A DNA stretch of 64,000 bases from an uncultured Chloroflexia bacterium. Lineage in GTDB: Bacteria > Chloroflexota > Limnocylindria > Limnocylindrales > CSP1-4. A model generated the notes under the pieces. It worked only from the letters and a program-made list of their open reading frames with translations, searched no databases and had not been told where the DNA came from. Where the stretch lies: contig CAWEZH010000002.1 of NCBI GenBank assembly GCA_963813535.1, positions 704,001 to 768,000 on the forward strand. Reading direction: 5' to 3'. Position numbers and translations under genes: made by a program. Each line of letters opens with the position of its first letter. Position 1 is the first letter of the stretch. Positions 1 to 10,353 of this stretch are shown one piece after another.

Positions 1-41
1 CACTCGAGCTCGTCGAGGAGGTCCGCGCCGCCCTCCCCTGA
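1..41 (+). CDS. 3' end of an upstream gene (partial)
   Basis: Reading frame ...LELVEEVRAALP-TGA with typical GC3 bias; truncated by the window edge. Confidence 0.5.
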   Translation, partial: LELVEEVRAALP

Positions 42-139
42 GCGTGCCGCCGTCACAGAGCGGTGCGCCGCGGCGTCTGTCCCGAGGCGGCCGCCCAAGT
101 CCGGTCGTTCACGAACCCTATGCTATCGTGCGGGCTCAG

Positions 140-2839
140 ATGCAGACCACCCTGGCCAGGCGGCAGCGTCATCGACGCTCGCTGGATCGTCGGCCGACCG
201 GGCGAAGCGGAACCATCCTCCGCGGCATCCTCATCGCCATCCCGATCGTCATCATCCTTGTGACGGTCCTGACCGCGGGCGCTGGGGCGCTGTTCACCGT
301 GGCCGCGTACAACTTCTACGCGCAGGGCCTGCCCGACCCCGGGGCGGCACTCAACGATCTCCGGTTCGAGCAGCAGACCATCGTCTACGACCGGACCGGC
401 AAGGTCGAGCTCGCACGACTGGGCACGCTGCGGCGCGAGGTCACCACGTTCGCGAACATCCCCGATGAGATGCTCGATGCGACGACGGCCATCGAGGACC
501 AGGGCTTCTGGACGAATCCCGGTTTCGACCCATCGGCCATCGTCAGTGCCGGCCTCGACACGCTGGCCGGCCGGCCGCGTGGCGCGTCGACCATCACCCA
601 GCAGCTCGTCAGGGCGCGGCTCCTGCCCCCCGAGGCGTTCGCCGATACGACGTACGAACGCAAGATCCGCGAGATCATCCAGTCGATCCGGCTGACCGAG
701 GCGTATCCCGGCGACAAGGGCAAGCAGGACATCATCACCGCCTACCTGAACCAGAACTTCTACGGCAACCAGACGTACGGCGTGAAGGCGGCGGCACGCG
801 GGTACTTCGGGAAGTCGCTCGACGAGCTGAGCCTCGCCCAGTACGCGATCCTCGCGGCGATCCCACAGTCACCGACCAGGTTCGACCTCATGCGCAATGC
901 CGAGGAGGTCTGCCTCGACGAGAAGCCGCCGGACCCCGACTCCGAGGAGTCGTGCAAGAAGCTCCAGCTCGAAGTGCCGGCGACATCCGAGATCGTCCAG
1001 CGCCGCAACTACATCCTCGACCTGATGCGGACGCGCAGCCCGCTCAGCGGAGCCCGCCACAACGACGCGGAATTCGACGCGGCAAAGCTCGAGCCGGTCG
1101 TCATCAAGCCGCAGGCGCCCGCGACGTGGCGCGCCGCCCACTTCGTCTGGCAGGTGCGCGAGGCGCTGACGACCATCCTGTGCCCCGACGAGCCGACCGA
1201 ATGCGAGAAGGTCGACACCGGGGGCTATCGGGTCACCACCACGCTCGACTGGAAGATGCAGAAGGTCGCCGAGAAGTGGACCTACGTCGCCGCGCGAGCC
1301 CCCCACTCCAGCAACCCGCGCAAGATCCTGCGGCAGTACAAGATCCCCGCCCGGGAATGGAGCTGGATCCTCAACCTGCGCGGTCGCAACATCCACAATG
1401 CCGCCTCGGCGGTGACGGACTACCGCACCGGCGAAGTCCTCGCGTATGTCGGCAGCGCCCGATACACGGGCAAGGGCAACAAGAAGTTCCAGCCGCAGTT
1501 CGACGTCCTGTCGGACGGCTGGCGCCAGCCGGGATCGTCGATCAAGCCGATCGACTACGCCATCGGCATCGACGACGAGACGCTGACCGCGAGCACCATG
1601 TTCATGGACGTCACGACGAATTTCGGGCGGGGCTTCACGCCGACCCAGGCCGACAAGAAGGAACGCGGCCCGGTCCGGCTTCGCTCGGCGCTCCAGTTCT
1701 CGCTGAACATCCCGGCCATCAAGGCCACGCTCATCCAGGGTCTCGATCACACGTTCGAGCGCAGCCAGGACTTCGGGCTGGTGTTCCCGCCGTCGGCGAT
1801 CCCGGTCACCTCGATGGGCATCGGCACACTCGAGACGCACCCGATCGACATGCTGTCGGCGTACGGGGCGCTGGCCAACGGCGGCGTTCGGATGCCCCGC
1901 CAGCTGATCACCAAGGTCGTCGACGAGAACGGCGTCCAGGTCTGGCCACAGGATGATGACACCACGGCCGAAGGCACCGAGGTCGTGAGCCCGCAGGCGG
2001 CCTACATCGTGTCCGACATCCTGGCCGGCAACACGGTCATGGGCGTGAACCCGTATTGGGGCAAATTCGCGGTCTACTCCAAGAACGGCCGGCGTCGGCC
2101 CGCCGCGTACAAGACCGGTACGACCAATGACAACCGCGACGTCCACGCCTACGGCTTCCTCGCACCGCCCGCCAACAAGAAGCAGCCGGCCCTCGCGGTC
2201 GGCGTGTGGATGGGCAACAGCAACAACCAGCCGAACAACGGCAGCCTCTCGCTCGACTCGTCCGCGCCGTTGTGGTCGGCGATGCTCGAGGAGCTCAGCT
2301 CCAAGTACCCGGTCGCCAGCTTCAAGGCGCCGGGCGGTCTCACGACCGCGACGGTCGACGCGTTCACCGGTCTCAAGCCGGGCCCGTTCACGAAGAAGAC
2401 CGTCAAGGAGTTGTTCATCAAGGGCACGGCCCCCAGGGAGCGCGAAACGTTGCGCGTGTCCCGCGAGGTCGACCAGGCATCCGGCCTGCTGTGGCGGACC
2501 GGTTGCGTCGGCCCGAAGGTCAGCCGGGGCTTCTTCAACCTCAACGAGGTCGAGAGCAACTTCCCGAACTGGCAGAAGGCGAACCGGAACTGGGCGTCAC
2601 GCGCCGCCCGCGGCGCGGGGACACGCGGGGGGCCGGAGGGGACCCGGACCTCCTACTTCTATGACGGTGCCTTCACGCCGTTCGGCAAGTCGTGGGGTGC
2701 CCCGTTCGCGCCGAGCGGCAGGTGCCCGATCGCACCCGTCGCGACACCGCCGCCGTCGTGCGATCCATTGCTCCCCGAGCTGTGTCTTCCGCCCGAACCA
2801 CCCAAGCCCGACAAGACCAAGCCACCCAAGCCGCCGTGA
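140..2839 (+). CDS. Class A penicillin-binding protein (transglycosylase/transpeptidase, PBP1A-like)
   Basis: N-terminal TM; GT51 motifs IED, GASTITQQL, RKIRE, YLN; transpeptidase SxxK (SSIK), SxN (SLN), KTGT; Pro-rich tail. ATG at 140 preferred over GTG at 44. Confidence 0.93.
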   Translation: MQTTLARRQRHRRSLDRRPTGRSGTILRGILIAIPIVIILVTVLTAGAGALFTVAAYNFYAQGLPDPGAALNDLRFEQQTIVYDRTGKVELARLGTLRREVTTFANIPDEMLDATTAIEDQGFWTNPGFDPSAIVSAGLDTLAGRPRGASTITQQLVRARLLPPEAFADTTYERKIREIIQSIRLTEAYPGDKGKQDIITAYLNQNFYGNQTYGVKAAARGYFGKSLDELSLAQYAILAAIPQSPTRFDLMRNAEEVCLDEKPPDPDSEESCKKLQLEVPATSEIVQRRNYILDLMRTRSPLSGARHNDAEFDAAKLEPVVIKPQAPATWRAAHFVWQVREALTTILCPDEPTECEKVDTGGYRVTTTLDWKMQKVAEKWTYVAARAPHSSNPRKILRQYKIPAREWSWILNLRGRNIHNAASAVTDYRTGEVLAYVGSARYTGKGNKKFQPQFDVLSDGWRQPGSSIKPIDYAIGIDDETLTASTMFMDVTTNFGRGFTPTQADKKERGPVRLRSALQFSLNIPAIKATLIQGLDHTFERSQDFGLVFPPSAIPVTSMGIGTLETHPIDMLSAYGALANGGVRMPRQLITKVVDENGVQVWPQDDDTTAEGTEVVSPQAAYIVSDILAGNTVMGVNPYWGKFAVYSKNGRRRPAAYKTGTTNDNRDVHAYGFLAPPANKKQPALAVGVWMGNSNNQPNNGSLSLDSSAPLWSAMLEELSSKYPVASFKAPGGLTTATVDAFTGLKPGPFTKKTVKELFIKGTAPRERETLRVSREVDQASGLLWRTGCVGPKVSRGFFNLNEVESNFPNWQKANRNWASRAARGAGTRGGPEGTRTSYFYDGAFTPFGKSWGAPFAPSGRCPIAPVATPPPSCDPLLPELCLPPEPPKPDKTKPPKPP

Positions 2840-2869
2840 TCGACGGGCGGCACCGTCGAGCCCGACCGA

Positions 2870-5230
2870 TCAGAGGCTGACGACCGTCGCCCCGTCCCCA
2901 CCCTCGCCACGTTCGCCGGGTCGAGCCGACCGAACGAGCGGATGTACGGCGGCGGCTTCCCGGACGGCGTCGCGGAGCGCGCCGGTCCCGAGCCCGTGGA
3001 TGATCGTGACCGAGCCGAGACCGGCCACGGTCGCGTCATCGAGATAGCGGTCGAGCGCCTCGAGCGCCTCCTCGACCCGGGCACCACGCAGGTCCAGCGA
3101 GGAAGCGACGCTGCGGGCACGCTCGAGGCGGAGTGATGCAGCATTCGAGGTCGCCGCGGGGTTCGAGCGTCCGGCCGACGCGCCGACGGCCGTCGGCGCA
3201 CCGATCGCCGGGACGAGGTCGTCCACCTCCACGGTGACGCGCATGCCACCCGCCTCCAGGGTGGCCCGTCGGCCGCCCTTCTCCAGCGACGCGATCCGTC
3301 CCTCCCAGCCCCCCGTCCGGCTCCGGGCGCGGTCGCCGACCGTCCAGTCACGCCGCTCGTCCGGCTCCGGCGAGAGCTCGGCGGGCTCGCTGGCCGGCAG
3401 CCGGTCGGCCACCGCCTCGGCGCGCGCGAGGGCCGCGTCGACCGACGCCGCCGTGACGGTCTCCCGTTCGAGCATCCGGCGGGTCGAGGCCAGCTCGGTG
3501 CGCAGGTCATCGACGATGCGGTCCGCCTCCTCGCGGGCAGCCCGGACCTGCTCGTCGCGCTCGCGCCGCGCGCGTCGACGCTCCTCCTGGGCCGTGCGCA
3601 GCGCCTCCGCCGCACGCACCTCGGCCGACCGCGCCCGCTCGAGCGCCTCGCTCGTCTCCCCTTCGGTCGCTCGGATCGACGCCAGGGTCGCCTCGAACGA
3701 CAGCTGCGCCTCGGTCAGGCGTGATCGGGCGTCGTCCACGATGGCCTCCGGGAGCCCGAGCCGTTCGGCGATCGCGAAGGCCTGGCTGCCCCCGGGCAAC
3801 CCGATCGTCAGCTTGTACGTCGGCGACAGGGTGTCCAGATCGAACTCGACCGCCGCGTTGCGTGCCCCGGCAGTCGTGTGCGCGTATGCCTTGAGCTCGG
3901 CGTAGTGGGTCGTGGCGGCCACGATGGCTCCGGCACGGATGAAGTGGTCGAGCAGCGCCTGGGCGAGCGCCGAGCCCTCGGTCGGATCGGTCCCGGCACC
4001 CAGCTCGTCGAGCAGGACCAGCGTGTCGGGTCCGGCCTCCGCCACGATCGCGGTGATGCGGCGGAGATGCCCCGAGAACGTCGACAGCGACTGGGCGACC
4101 GACTGCTCGTCCCCGATGTCCGCGAACACGTCGCGCCAGACCGGCAACCGGCTGCCCGCCTCGGCCGGGACGTGGAGCCCTGACTGATGCATCAGGCTCA
4201 GCAGCCCCAGGGTCCGGAGGGTGACCGTCTTGCCGCCCGTGTTGGGGCCCGTGACGACGAGCGCCGTGTAGCCATCGCCGATCCGGATGTCGATCGGGAT
4301 CACCCGGCCGGTCAGACCCGGATGACGCGCCGACAGCAGGACGACCTCCGGACGATCGGCGGTCTCGGCTCGGGTCGCGTCCATCTCGGCGGCCAGCGCC
4401 GCCTTGGCGGCCCACAGGTCGAACCGCGCCAGCGCGTCGAGCGTCTCGCGCAGGGCCGTGGCGTTGACCGCGATGAGCGCCGATAGCTCGTCGAGGATGC
4501 GGGCGACCTCTTCCTGCTCGGCCGCCTGTGCCTCCCGCCAGGCGTTGCCGAGCTCCACCGCCACGAGCGGTTCGACGAACAGGGTCTGACCGCTTCCGGA
4601 CGCGTCGTGGACGATGCCCTTGACCCGCGATCGCGCCTCGGCCTTGACGGGGACGACGTACCGACCATTGCGCAACGTGACGATCGGCTCCTGGAGCGCA
4701 TTGCCGAGCTCGGCCCCGACCAGCGAGTCGAGCCGGCGGCGCAGCCGGTCATAGGCGACGCGGACCGCGGCCCGCAGCCCGCCGAGGCGTGGCGAGGCGG
4801 TGTCCAGCAGCTCACCGACGGGGTCGAAGCTGCGCGCCAGCGTGCTCCGGACGGCAGGCAGCGGATGGAGCTCGCGCCCGAGGTCGCGCAACAGCGGGCG
4901 ACGCTCGTCGGCGAGCGACGTCGCCAGACGGGCGGCCGCGTCGAGCGTGTCCGCGATGGCCAGGAACTGCTCCGGCTCCAGACGGCCGCCGCGGGCCGCC
5001 CGTTCGACGGATGGCTCGATGTCGTGCGCGCCGCCGACACCGACCCCGGCTCGATCGGCCAGGAGCGCGCGCGCCTGATCCGTCTCGTCGAGCCGGCGCG
5101 CGACGACGACGGTGTCGGACGACGGCTCGAGCGCCTCGGCCAGGCGACGTGACGGCGGGAACGAGGTCGCATCGGCGAGGCGCTGCCGGACGAGCGGGAA
5201 CTCGAGGAGCGCCTGTGAGCGAGCGTCCAC
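2870..5230 (-). CDS. mutS2: Endonuclease MutS2
   Basis: TGPNTGGKT Walker A, DIGDEQS, LLDELGAGTDP, coiled coil, C-terminal Smr domain (LDLRG...IIHGLGTGAL). Confidence 0.95.
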   Translation of the reverse strand: MDARSQALLEFPLVRQRLADATSFPPSRRLAEALEPSSDTVVVARRLDETDQARALLADRAGVGVGGAHDIEPSVERAARGGRLEPEQFLAIADTLDAAARLATSLADERRPLLRDLGRELHPLPAVRSTLARSFDPVGELLDTASPRLGGLRAAVRVAYDRLRRRLDSLVGAELGNALQEPIVTLRNGRYVVPVKAEARSRVKGIVHDASGSGQTLFVEPLVAVELGNAWREAQAAEQEEVARILDELSALIAVNATALRETLDALARFDLWAAKAALAAEMDATRAETADRPEVVLLSARHPGLTGRVIPIDIRIGDGYTALVVTGPNTGGKTVTLRTLGLLSLMHQSGLHVPAEAGSRLPVWRDVFADIGDEQSVAQSLSTFSGHLRRITAIVAEAGPDTLVLLDELGAGTDPTEGSALAQALLDHFIRAGAIVAATTHYAELKAYAHTTAGARNAAVEFDLDTLSPTYKLTIGLPGGSQAFAIAERLGLPEAIVDDARSRLTEAQLSFEATLASIRATEGETSEALERARSAEVRAAEALRTAQEERRRARRERDEQVRAAREEADRIVDDLRTELASTRRMLERETVTAASVDAALARAEAVADRLPASEPAELSPEPDERRDWTVGDRARSRTGGWEGRIASLEKGGRRATLEAGGMRVTVEVDDLVPAIGAPTAVGASAGRSNPAATSNAASLRLERARSVASSLDLRGARVEEALEALDRYLDDATVAGLGSVTIIHGLGTGALRDAVREAAAVHPLVRSARPGERGEGGDGATVVSL

Positions 5231-5242
5231 GCTGGCCCGCCC

Positions 5243-5932
5243 TCAGCGGGCGCGCGGGCCCGAGACCGACGGATGGCCGGCGATCGAGAACCGCCAGGGC
5301 CGTGCCGCCCACTCCGGGCCGGCGTACGCGACACCGATCCGTGGCGTGACGGCGACCCGATCCGGCTTGACCCTGTCAGCGCGGTCGTGAGGGTCCCGCT
5401 CGAGACGTAGCACCGAGGTCGGGTCACACAGGTCCGTCCCGGTGCGGCTCGTGTCGATGCCGAAGGCAGCGGCGACCAGCCCGGGACCGCTGGCCAGCCG
5501 CTGGATGGGCACCCGCGCCAGCCTCGACCGCGCCATGGTCATGCCGTCAGGGGTCCGTGCGGCCTTGCGCCGTCCCTCGACGACGAGGCGGTCGCGCCGC
5601 ATCTCGGCCAGGCCGGCAAGCGGCTCGACCGCACGGATCAGGACCGCGGCCGGGGCGCCCTCCGTCCCCGTCACCACGTTGAGGCAGTCATACATCCCGT
5701 AGACAAGGTACACGTACGCGATACCGGGCAACCCGGCCATGACCTTGTTGCGCCGCGTGCTGCCGAACCGGGCGTGGGACGCCCGGTCGTCGGGGCCTCC
5801 GTAGGCCTCGACCTCGACGATGCGTGCGACGCGGCGTCCGGTGTCGTCGTCGCGGACGAGCCGCGCGCCGAGCAGGTCGCGGGCGACGTCCGGCGTGGCC
5901 CCGGCCAGGCTCCCTCGATCGAGGACGCTCAG
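5243..5932 (-). CDS. DNA-3-methyladenine glycosylase (MPG/AAG family); probable CTG start
   Basis: VARDLLGARL, IVEVEAY, ASHA, YVYLVYGMY, AVLIRAVEP, SGPG, RIGV. The conserved N-terminal part lies in frame upstream of the first ATG (5740), back to a CTG overlapping the cvpA stop. Confidence 0.9.
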   Translation of the reverse strand: MSVLDRGSLAGATPDVARDLLGARLVRDDDTGRRVARIVEVEAYGGPDDRASHARFGSTRRNKVMAGLPGIAYVYLVYGMYDCLNVVTGTEGAPAAVLIRAVEPLAGLAEMRRDRLVVEGRRKAARTPDGMTMARSRLARVPIQRLASGPGLVAAAFGIDTSRTGTDLCDPTSVLRLERDPHDRADRVKPDRVAVTPRIGVAYAGPEWAARPWRFSIAGHPSVSGPRAR

Positions 5933-6516
5933 GTGGCGCCGCCCGGGTACATCGCCTTGAGGTTGCTCGGGATGAACAGACCCACCAGGACGAAGAAGGC
6001 CGGGATCAGCGTGTCGCGGAAGATGTCGACGATCCTCGACGTATCAAGGAAGGTCCACAGATCGCGCAGGAACCCGAGCTCCGTCGACCGCGGTTCCTGC
6101 CCGAGGCGATAGTACGAGTCGAGGATGATGATCAGCGCACCAAGGATGACCGCCGCCTGGACCAGTCCGAGCAACCCGCCGATGATCTCGTCGAGGAAGC
6201 GCGCTTTCTGGAAGAGCGGCTGCGGGTGATAGAAGCCCTGGGCGACGATCGCGAACGCGAGCGACGCGGCGACGAACACGGTCAGGAACCCGATCATGTA
6301 GCTGTAGGCCGGATTCTGGTCGGTCCAGTTCGAGCGCAGGAAGGTGGCCAGCGGTTCGGCGACGTTGGCCGCGAGCAGGAACGAGAACGTGACTGACGCG
6401 AGTCCGATCAGCCGTCGGATCGTGCCCTGGGCGAAGCCCAGGACGAAGAAACCTCCGAAGAAGATGACGATCAGCCAGTCGGCGAACGGGACGCCGGCGA
6501 GATCCCCGAGATCCAC
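5929..6516 (-). CDS. CvpA (colicin V production) family membrane protein
   Basis: Four TM helices, D..I...GF.QG.IR, LDEIIGGLLG; usual neighbour of pheT/mutS2. Confidence 0.85.
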   Translation of the reverse strand: MDLGDLAGVPFADWLIVIFFGGFFVLGFAQGTIRRLIGLASVTFSFLLAANVAEPLATFLRSNWTDQNPAYSYMIGFLTVFVAASLAFAIVAQGFYHPQPLFQKARFLDEIIGGLLGLVQAAVILGALIIILDSYYRLGQEPRSTELGFLRDLWTFLDTSRIVDIFRDTLIPAFFVLVGLFIPSNLKAMYPGGAT

Positions 6517-6640
6517 CGAACCTCCTTGGTGACGGTTCGAGCCGGTGATCCGGCGCGAGAGCCGCGCAAGGGTAGCAGCGGCTTCTCGCGCGTCGCAAGC
6601 AGCCCGCCGCGCGCGCCGTCCGGTACTTTCGGGCTAGGCG

Positions 6641-9127
6641 CTAGGTCCTGAGTCGGCCCCCGACGTCGCTCGCGAGACCCGCCGTGATGTCTGCCACGGC
6701 GTTGTCTGCCTCGTTCTCGACCAGCGTCCGGTCGTCCGCCCCGAACGCCAATCGATACGCGAGGCTCTTCTCCTCGTCGCCCAGTGGCCGCCCGCGGTAG
6801 ATGTCGAACAGGGTCACCGTGCGCAGGAGCGGACCTGCGTGGCGCCGGATCGAGGCCACGACCTCGCCCGCGGGGGTCGCGTCCGCGACGATCACCGCGA
6901 GATCGCGGTCGACGATCGGATGGCGAGACGGGCTCGAGACGCGGGGCGTGTCGGGTTGCCCGCCCGACAGGCCCGCGACGGCCAGCTCGGCGACGAGGAT
7001 GCGGTCCACGCGCAGCTCGAGCTCGTCGATGACCGATGGGTGCACCTCGCCCACCCGGCCCGCGATCTGTCCGTCTGCGATGACCCGCGCCGCCCGGCCC
7101 GGATGCAGGTTCGGGTCGTCCTCGATGGGCGAGTAGCTGGGTCGCGCGAAGCCCAGCCGCTCGGCGATCAGCTCGATGATGCCCTTGGCATCGTCGAGGT
7201 CGTACGGTCGCGCCGGGCGGTCCCAGGTCGGGACGTCGGCCGCGCCGGTCAGCGCGAGGCCGAGACGCCACCATTCGTGGGTCGAATCGCCCTCCTCGGT
7301 CGCGCCGTAGCCCTTGCCGACCTCGAAGATGGCGACATCCGGTCGTCCGAAGCGCGTGTTCGTCGACACGACCTCGAGGAGACTCCCGATCAGGCTCTGG
7401 CGGAGCACGGAGTGCTGGCTCGACAGGGGGTTGGTGACGGTGAGCGGTCGACCGCCAGCCTGGCCCTCCCCCGGCACGAGAGCGTCGGCGATCGGACCGA
7501 AGCGCTCGACCATGGCCGGCGACACGAGGGCGAACGTGACGGCCTCGGACAGCCCGATCCCCGCCAGCGTCTCCCGGACGGCATCGCGGATGCCGAGGGG
7601 CGAGTGCCGGTAGGGCGGCGATGGCGTGTCCGGCAGGATCTCGGGGATGGTGTCGTACCCCCGGATGCGCGCCACTTCCTCGGCGATATCCGCCTCGATC
7701 AACAGGTCTCGCCGCCAGGTCGGCACGGTCGCGACCAGGGTCTCGGCCTCGCCAGGGTCGATCTCGAGCGGCTGGGGCGCCGCCGCGACGAGGACTCGCA
7801 TGCCAGGACCCGCCGCTTCGGTCGAGACGCCGACACGCTGGAGCACGTCTGTCTGCTCGGCCGGTGACGACGAGGTCCCGAGCAGACGATCGATACGCGC
7901 CGGTCGGAAGGCCACCTTGATCGGCAGCGGCTCGGTGGCGTTCGTGTCGACGGCACCGACCGCGACCTGCCCCCCGGCCCACTCCGTGATGAGCCGTGCT
8001 GTGCGGTCGGCACCAAGCTTCGCGAGCCGGTGCTCCTGGCCCTTCTCGAACCGGAGGCTTGCTTCGGACCGGAGCGAGTAGCGGAAGGCCGTCCGCCGGA
8101 TGCTGATCGGGTCGAAGATCGCCGACTCGACGACGACGTCGTGCGTCTCCGGTCCGATCTCCGACTCGGCGCCACCCATCACGCCGGCGATGCCGATCGG
8201 ACCCTCCGGGTCCGCGATGATCAGCGTATCCGGCGTGAGCTCGCGAACGATGTGGTCGAGCGTCTCCAGGCGCTCGCCCTGGCGGGCGAGGCGCACGACG
8301 ATCCGGCCGTCGTTGACGGCTGAGGCGTCGAACGTGTGGATCGGCTTGCCGAGTTCCAGCATCACGTAGTTGCTGACGTCGACGACGTTGCTCACCGGCC
8401 GCTGTCCGGCGGCCAGCAGCCGCATCTGGACCTGATCCGGCGACGGACCGACGGTGACGCCACCGACCCAGCGGCCGACGAACCTCGTGCACAGGCCGGG
8501 TTCCTCGACGTCGACGCGGAGCCGCTCGGCGATGGGTGGCCCGGTCTCGGGCGGGTCCGTCTCCGGGAATCGGACGGACGCTCCGGTGACGGCCGACACC
8601 TCGCGCGCCAGGCCGACGAGGCTCAACGCATCGCCCCGGTTGGGCTTGACGTCGACGTCGAGCACGATGTCGCCGTAGAGATCGGTCAGGGCCGCGCCGA
8701 GCGGTGCATCGGTCGGCAGGATGAGGATCCCATCCGCGTCGGTCGTGAGACCCAATTCGTCACCCGAGCACAGCATCCCGTTGCTGACGACACCCATCTT
8801 CTCGGTGCGCTCGATCCGTCGACCGCCCGGGAGCACGGCACCCGGGAGCGCGACGGGGACACGTTGACCGACCGCGATGTTCGTCGCGCCGCACACGATG
8901 TCCAGCACCTCGCCGTCTCCCATCCGCACGCTCGTGAGCGACAGGCGATCGGCGTTCGGGTGTTTCTCGACCGTCAGGAGCTCACCGACGACGACGTTCT
9001 GCCAGTCCGAGCCCCAGCGCTCGACGCTCTTGACCTCCATGCCGAGCAGCGTCAGCCGCTCCGCGAGCTGCTCAGGCGTGAACTGGACATCGACGTAGTC
9101 GCGGAGCCAGGACAGCGGGACCCTCAT
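6641..9127 (-). CDS. pheT: Phenylalanine--tRNA ligase beta subunit
   Basis: MRVPLSWLRDY, HPNADRL, IVCGATN, SNGMLCS, NRGDALS, RFEKG, PTWRRDL, C-terminal FDX-ACB. Confidence 0.98.
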   Translation of the reverse strand: MRVPLSWLRDYVDVQFTPEQLAERLTLLGMEVKSVERWGSDWQNVVVGELLTVEKHPNADRLSLTSVRMGDGEVLDIVCGATNIAVGQRVPVALPGAVLPGGRRIERTEKMGVVSNGMLCSGDELGLTTDADGILILPTDAPLGAALTDLYGDIVLDVDVKPNRGDALSLVGLAREVSAVTGASVRFPETDPPETGPPIAERLRVDVEEPGLCTRFVGRWVGGVTVGPSPDQVQMRLLAAGQRPVSNVVDVSNYVMLELGKPIHTFDASAVNDGRIVVRLARQGERLETLDHIVRELTPDTLIIADPEGPIGIAGVMGGAESEIGPETHDVVVESAIFDPISIRRTAFRYSLRSEASLRFEKGQEHRLAKLGADRTARLITEWAGGQVAVGAVDTNATEPLPIKVAFRPARIDRLLGTSSSPAEQTDVLQRVGVSTEAAGPGMRVLVAAAPQPLEIDPGEAETLVATVPTWRRDLLIEADIAEEVARIRGYDTIPEILPDTPSPPYRHSPLGIRDAVRETLAGIGLSEAVTFALVSPAMVERFGPIADALVPGEGQAGGRPLTVTNPLSSQHSVLRQSLIGSLLEVVSTNTRFGRPDVAIFEVGKGYGATEEGDSTHEWWRLGLALTGAADVPTWDRPARPYDLDDAKGIIELIAERLGFARPSYSPIEDDPNLHPGRAARVIADGQIAGRVGEVHPSVIDELELRVDRILVAELAVAGLSGGQPDTPRVSSPSRHPIVDRDLAVIVADATPAGEVVASIRRHAGPLLRTVTLFDIYRGRPLGDEEKSLAYRLAFGADDRTLVENEADNAVADITAGLASDVGGRLRT

Positions 9128-9209
9128 GAACGGCCACCCTCAACGGGGTACGGGCACTCGCCCTCCGAAGGCGGAGGCGACGCCCATGCGAGCCATCCGA
9201 CTGAGGATC

Positions 9210-10250
9210 TCATCGGAACTGCTCCAGGAAGCGGAGGTCGTCCTCGAGGAAAAGCCGGAGGTCGGTGATGCCGTGCTTGAGCATCTTGATCCGCTCCGGG
9301 CCCATCCCGAATGCGAAGCCCTGGTAGCGCTCGGGGTCGAGGCCGCCGTACTGCAGGACGACCGGGTGGACCATCCCGGCGCCCAGGATCGTCATCCAGC
9401 CGGTCCGACCGCAGGCGGGACAGCCGACACCACCGCAGACGAGGCACTCGACGTCGAACGCCACGGACGGCTCGGTGAACGGGTAGTAACCCGGTCGGAA
9501 GCGGGTCTTCTTGTCTGACCCGTACATCGCCTTCGCGAACTGGTCGAGGAGGCCCTTCAGGTCGGCCATCGTCGTCCCCTCGTCGACCATCAGGCCCTCG
9601 ACCTGGAAGAACTCGGAGCCGTGACTGGCGTCGATCGATTCGTACCGGAAACACCGACCGGGAAGGAGCGCCCGGATCGGCGGCGTCTCGGTCTCCATGA
9701 CCCGGATCTGGCCGGGCGAGGTGTGCGTGCGCAGGAGCCGGCCCTCGACGTCGACGTAGAGCGTGTCCCACAGGTCGCGCGCGGGATGATCGGGCGGGAT
9801 GTTCAGCATCTGGAAGTTGGTGACGTCGTCCTCGATCTCGGGGCTCTCGTAGGACACGAACCCGAACTGCCCGAAGATGTCGGCGATCTCGCGCATCGCC
9901 TCGATGCTCGGGTGCAGGGTGCCGCGACGGATCGGGCGGCCGGGCGTCGTGACATCGACCGACTCTGCCCGCAGACGCGTCTCGAGCTCGCTGCCCCGGA
10001 GCGCCGTGCCGCGCTCCGCAAGCGCCGCTTCGATCGACGTCCGGACCGCGTTCGCGATCGCACCGACCTTGGGTCGATCCTCGGCCGGGAGCGACCCGAT
10101 GCCACGCAGGACGGTCGTCAGCCGGCCCTTCCTGCCCAGGATGTCCAGCTCGAGCGCCTCGAGCGTGGCAGCGTCGTGCGCGGCCGTGACCGACGCCAGC
10201 GCGTCGGCCTGGAGTCCTTCGAGGTCGCGGGTCAGGTCGGCGAGGTCCAC
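9210..10250 (-). CDS. pheS: Phenylalanine--tRNA ligase alpha subunit
   Basis: HPARD.WDT, LLRTHTSPGQ, F.QVEGL, FPFTEPS, GAGMVHP, GFAFGMG.ER. Confidence 0.98.
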   Translation of the reverse strand: MDLADLTRDLEGLQADALASVTAAHDAATLEALELDILGRKGRLTTVLRGIGSLPAEDRPKVGAIANAVRTSIEAALAERGTALRGSELETRLRAESVDVTTPGRPIRRGTLHPSIEAMREIADIFGQFGFVSYESPEIEDDVTNFQMLNIPPDHPARDLWDTLYVDVEGRLLRTHTSPGQIRVMETETPPIRALLPGRCFRYESIDASHGSEFFQVEGLMVDEGTTMADLKGLLDQFAKAMYGSDKKTRFRPGYYPFTEPSVAFDVECLVCGGVGCPACGRTGWMTILGAGMVHPVVLQYGGLDPERYQGFAFGMGPERIKMLKHGITDLRLFLEDDLRFLEQFR

Positions 10251-10286
10251 GGTCCCTCTTGCGTGCGGGTGTCGGGTCCCGGAATC

Positions 10287-10322
10287 ATGAACCCTCGAGC
10301 GTCGACGACGTCGAGGGTTCGT
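10287..10322 (-). terminator. Hairpin after rplT (possible terminator or attenuator before pheS)
   Basis: Inverted repeat GAACCCTCGA / TCGAGGGTTC; U-tract is weak. Confidence 0.45.
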
Positions 10323-10353
10323 GTAGGACTCGGGTCGTCGATCGACGCGGCTG

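Noticed and set aside
10251-10353. T-box or PheM-type leader upstream of pheS
   Set aside because: Too short, no T-box consensus and no Phe-rich leader peptide; only a hairpin is present
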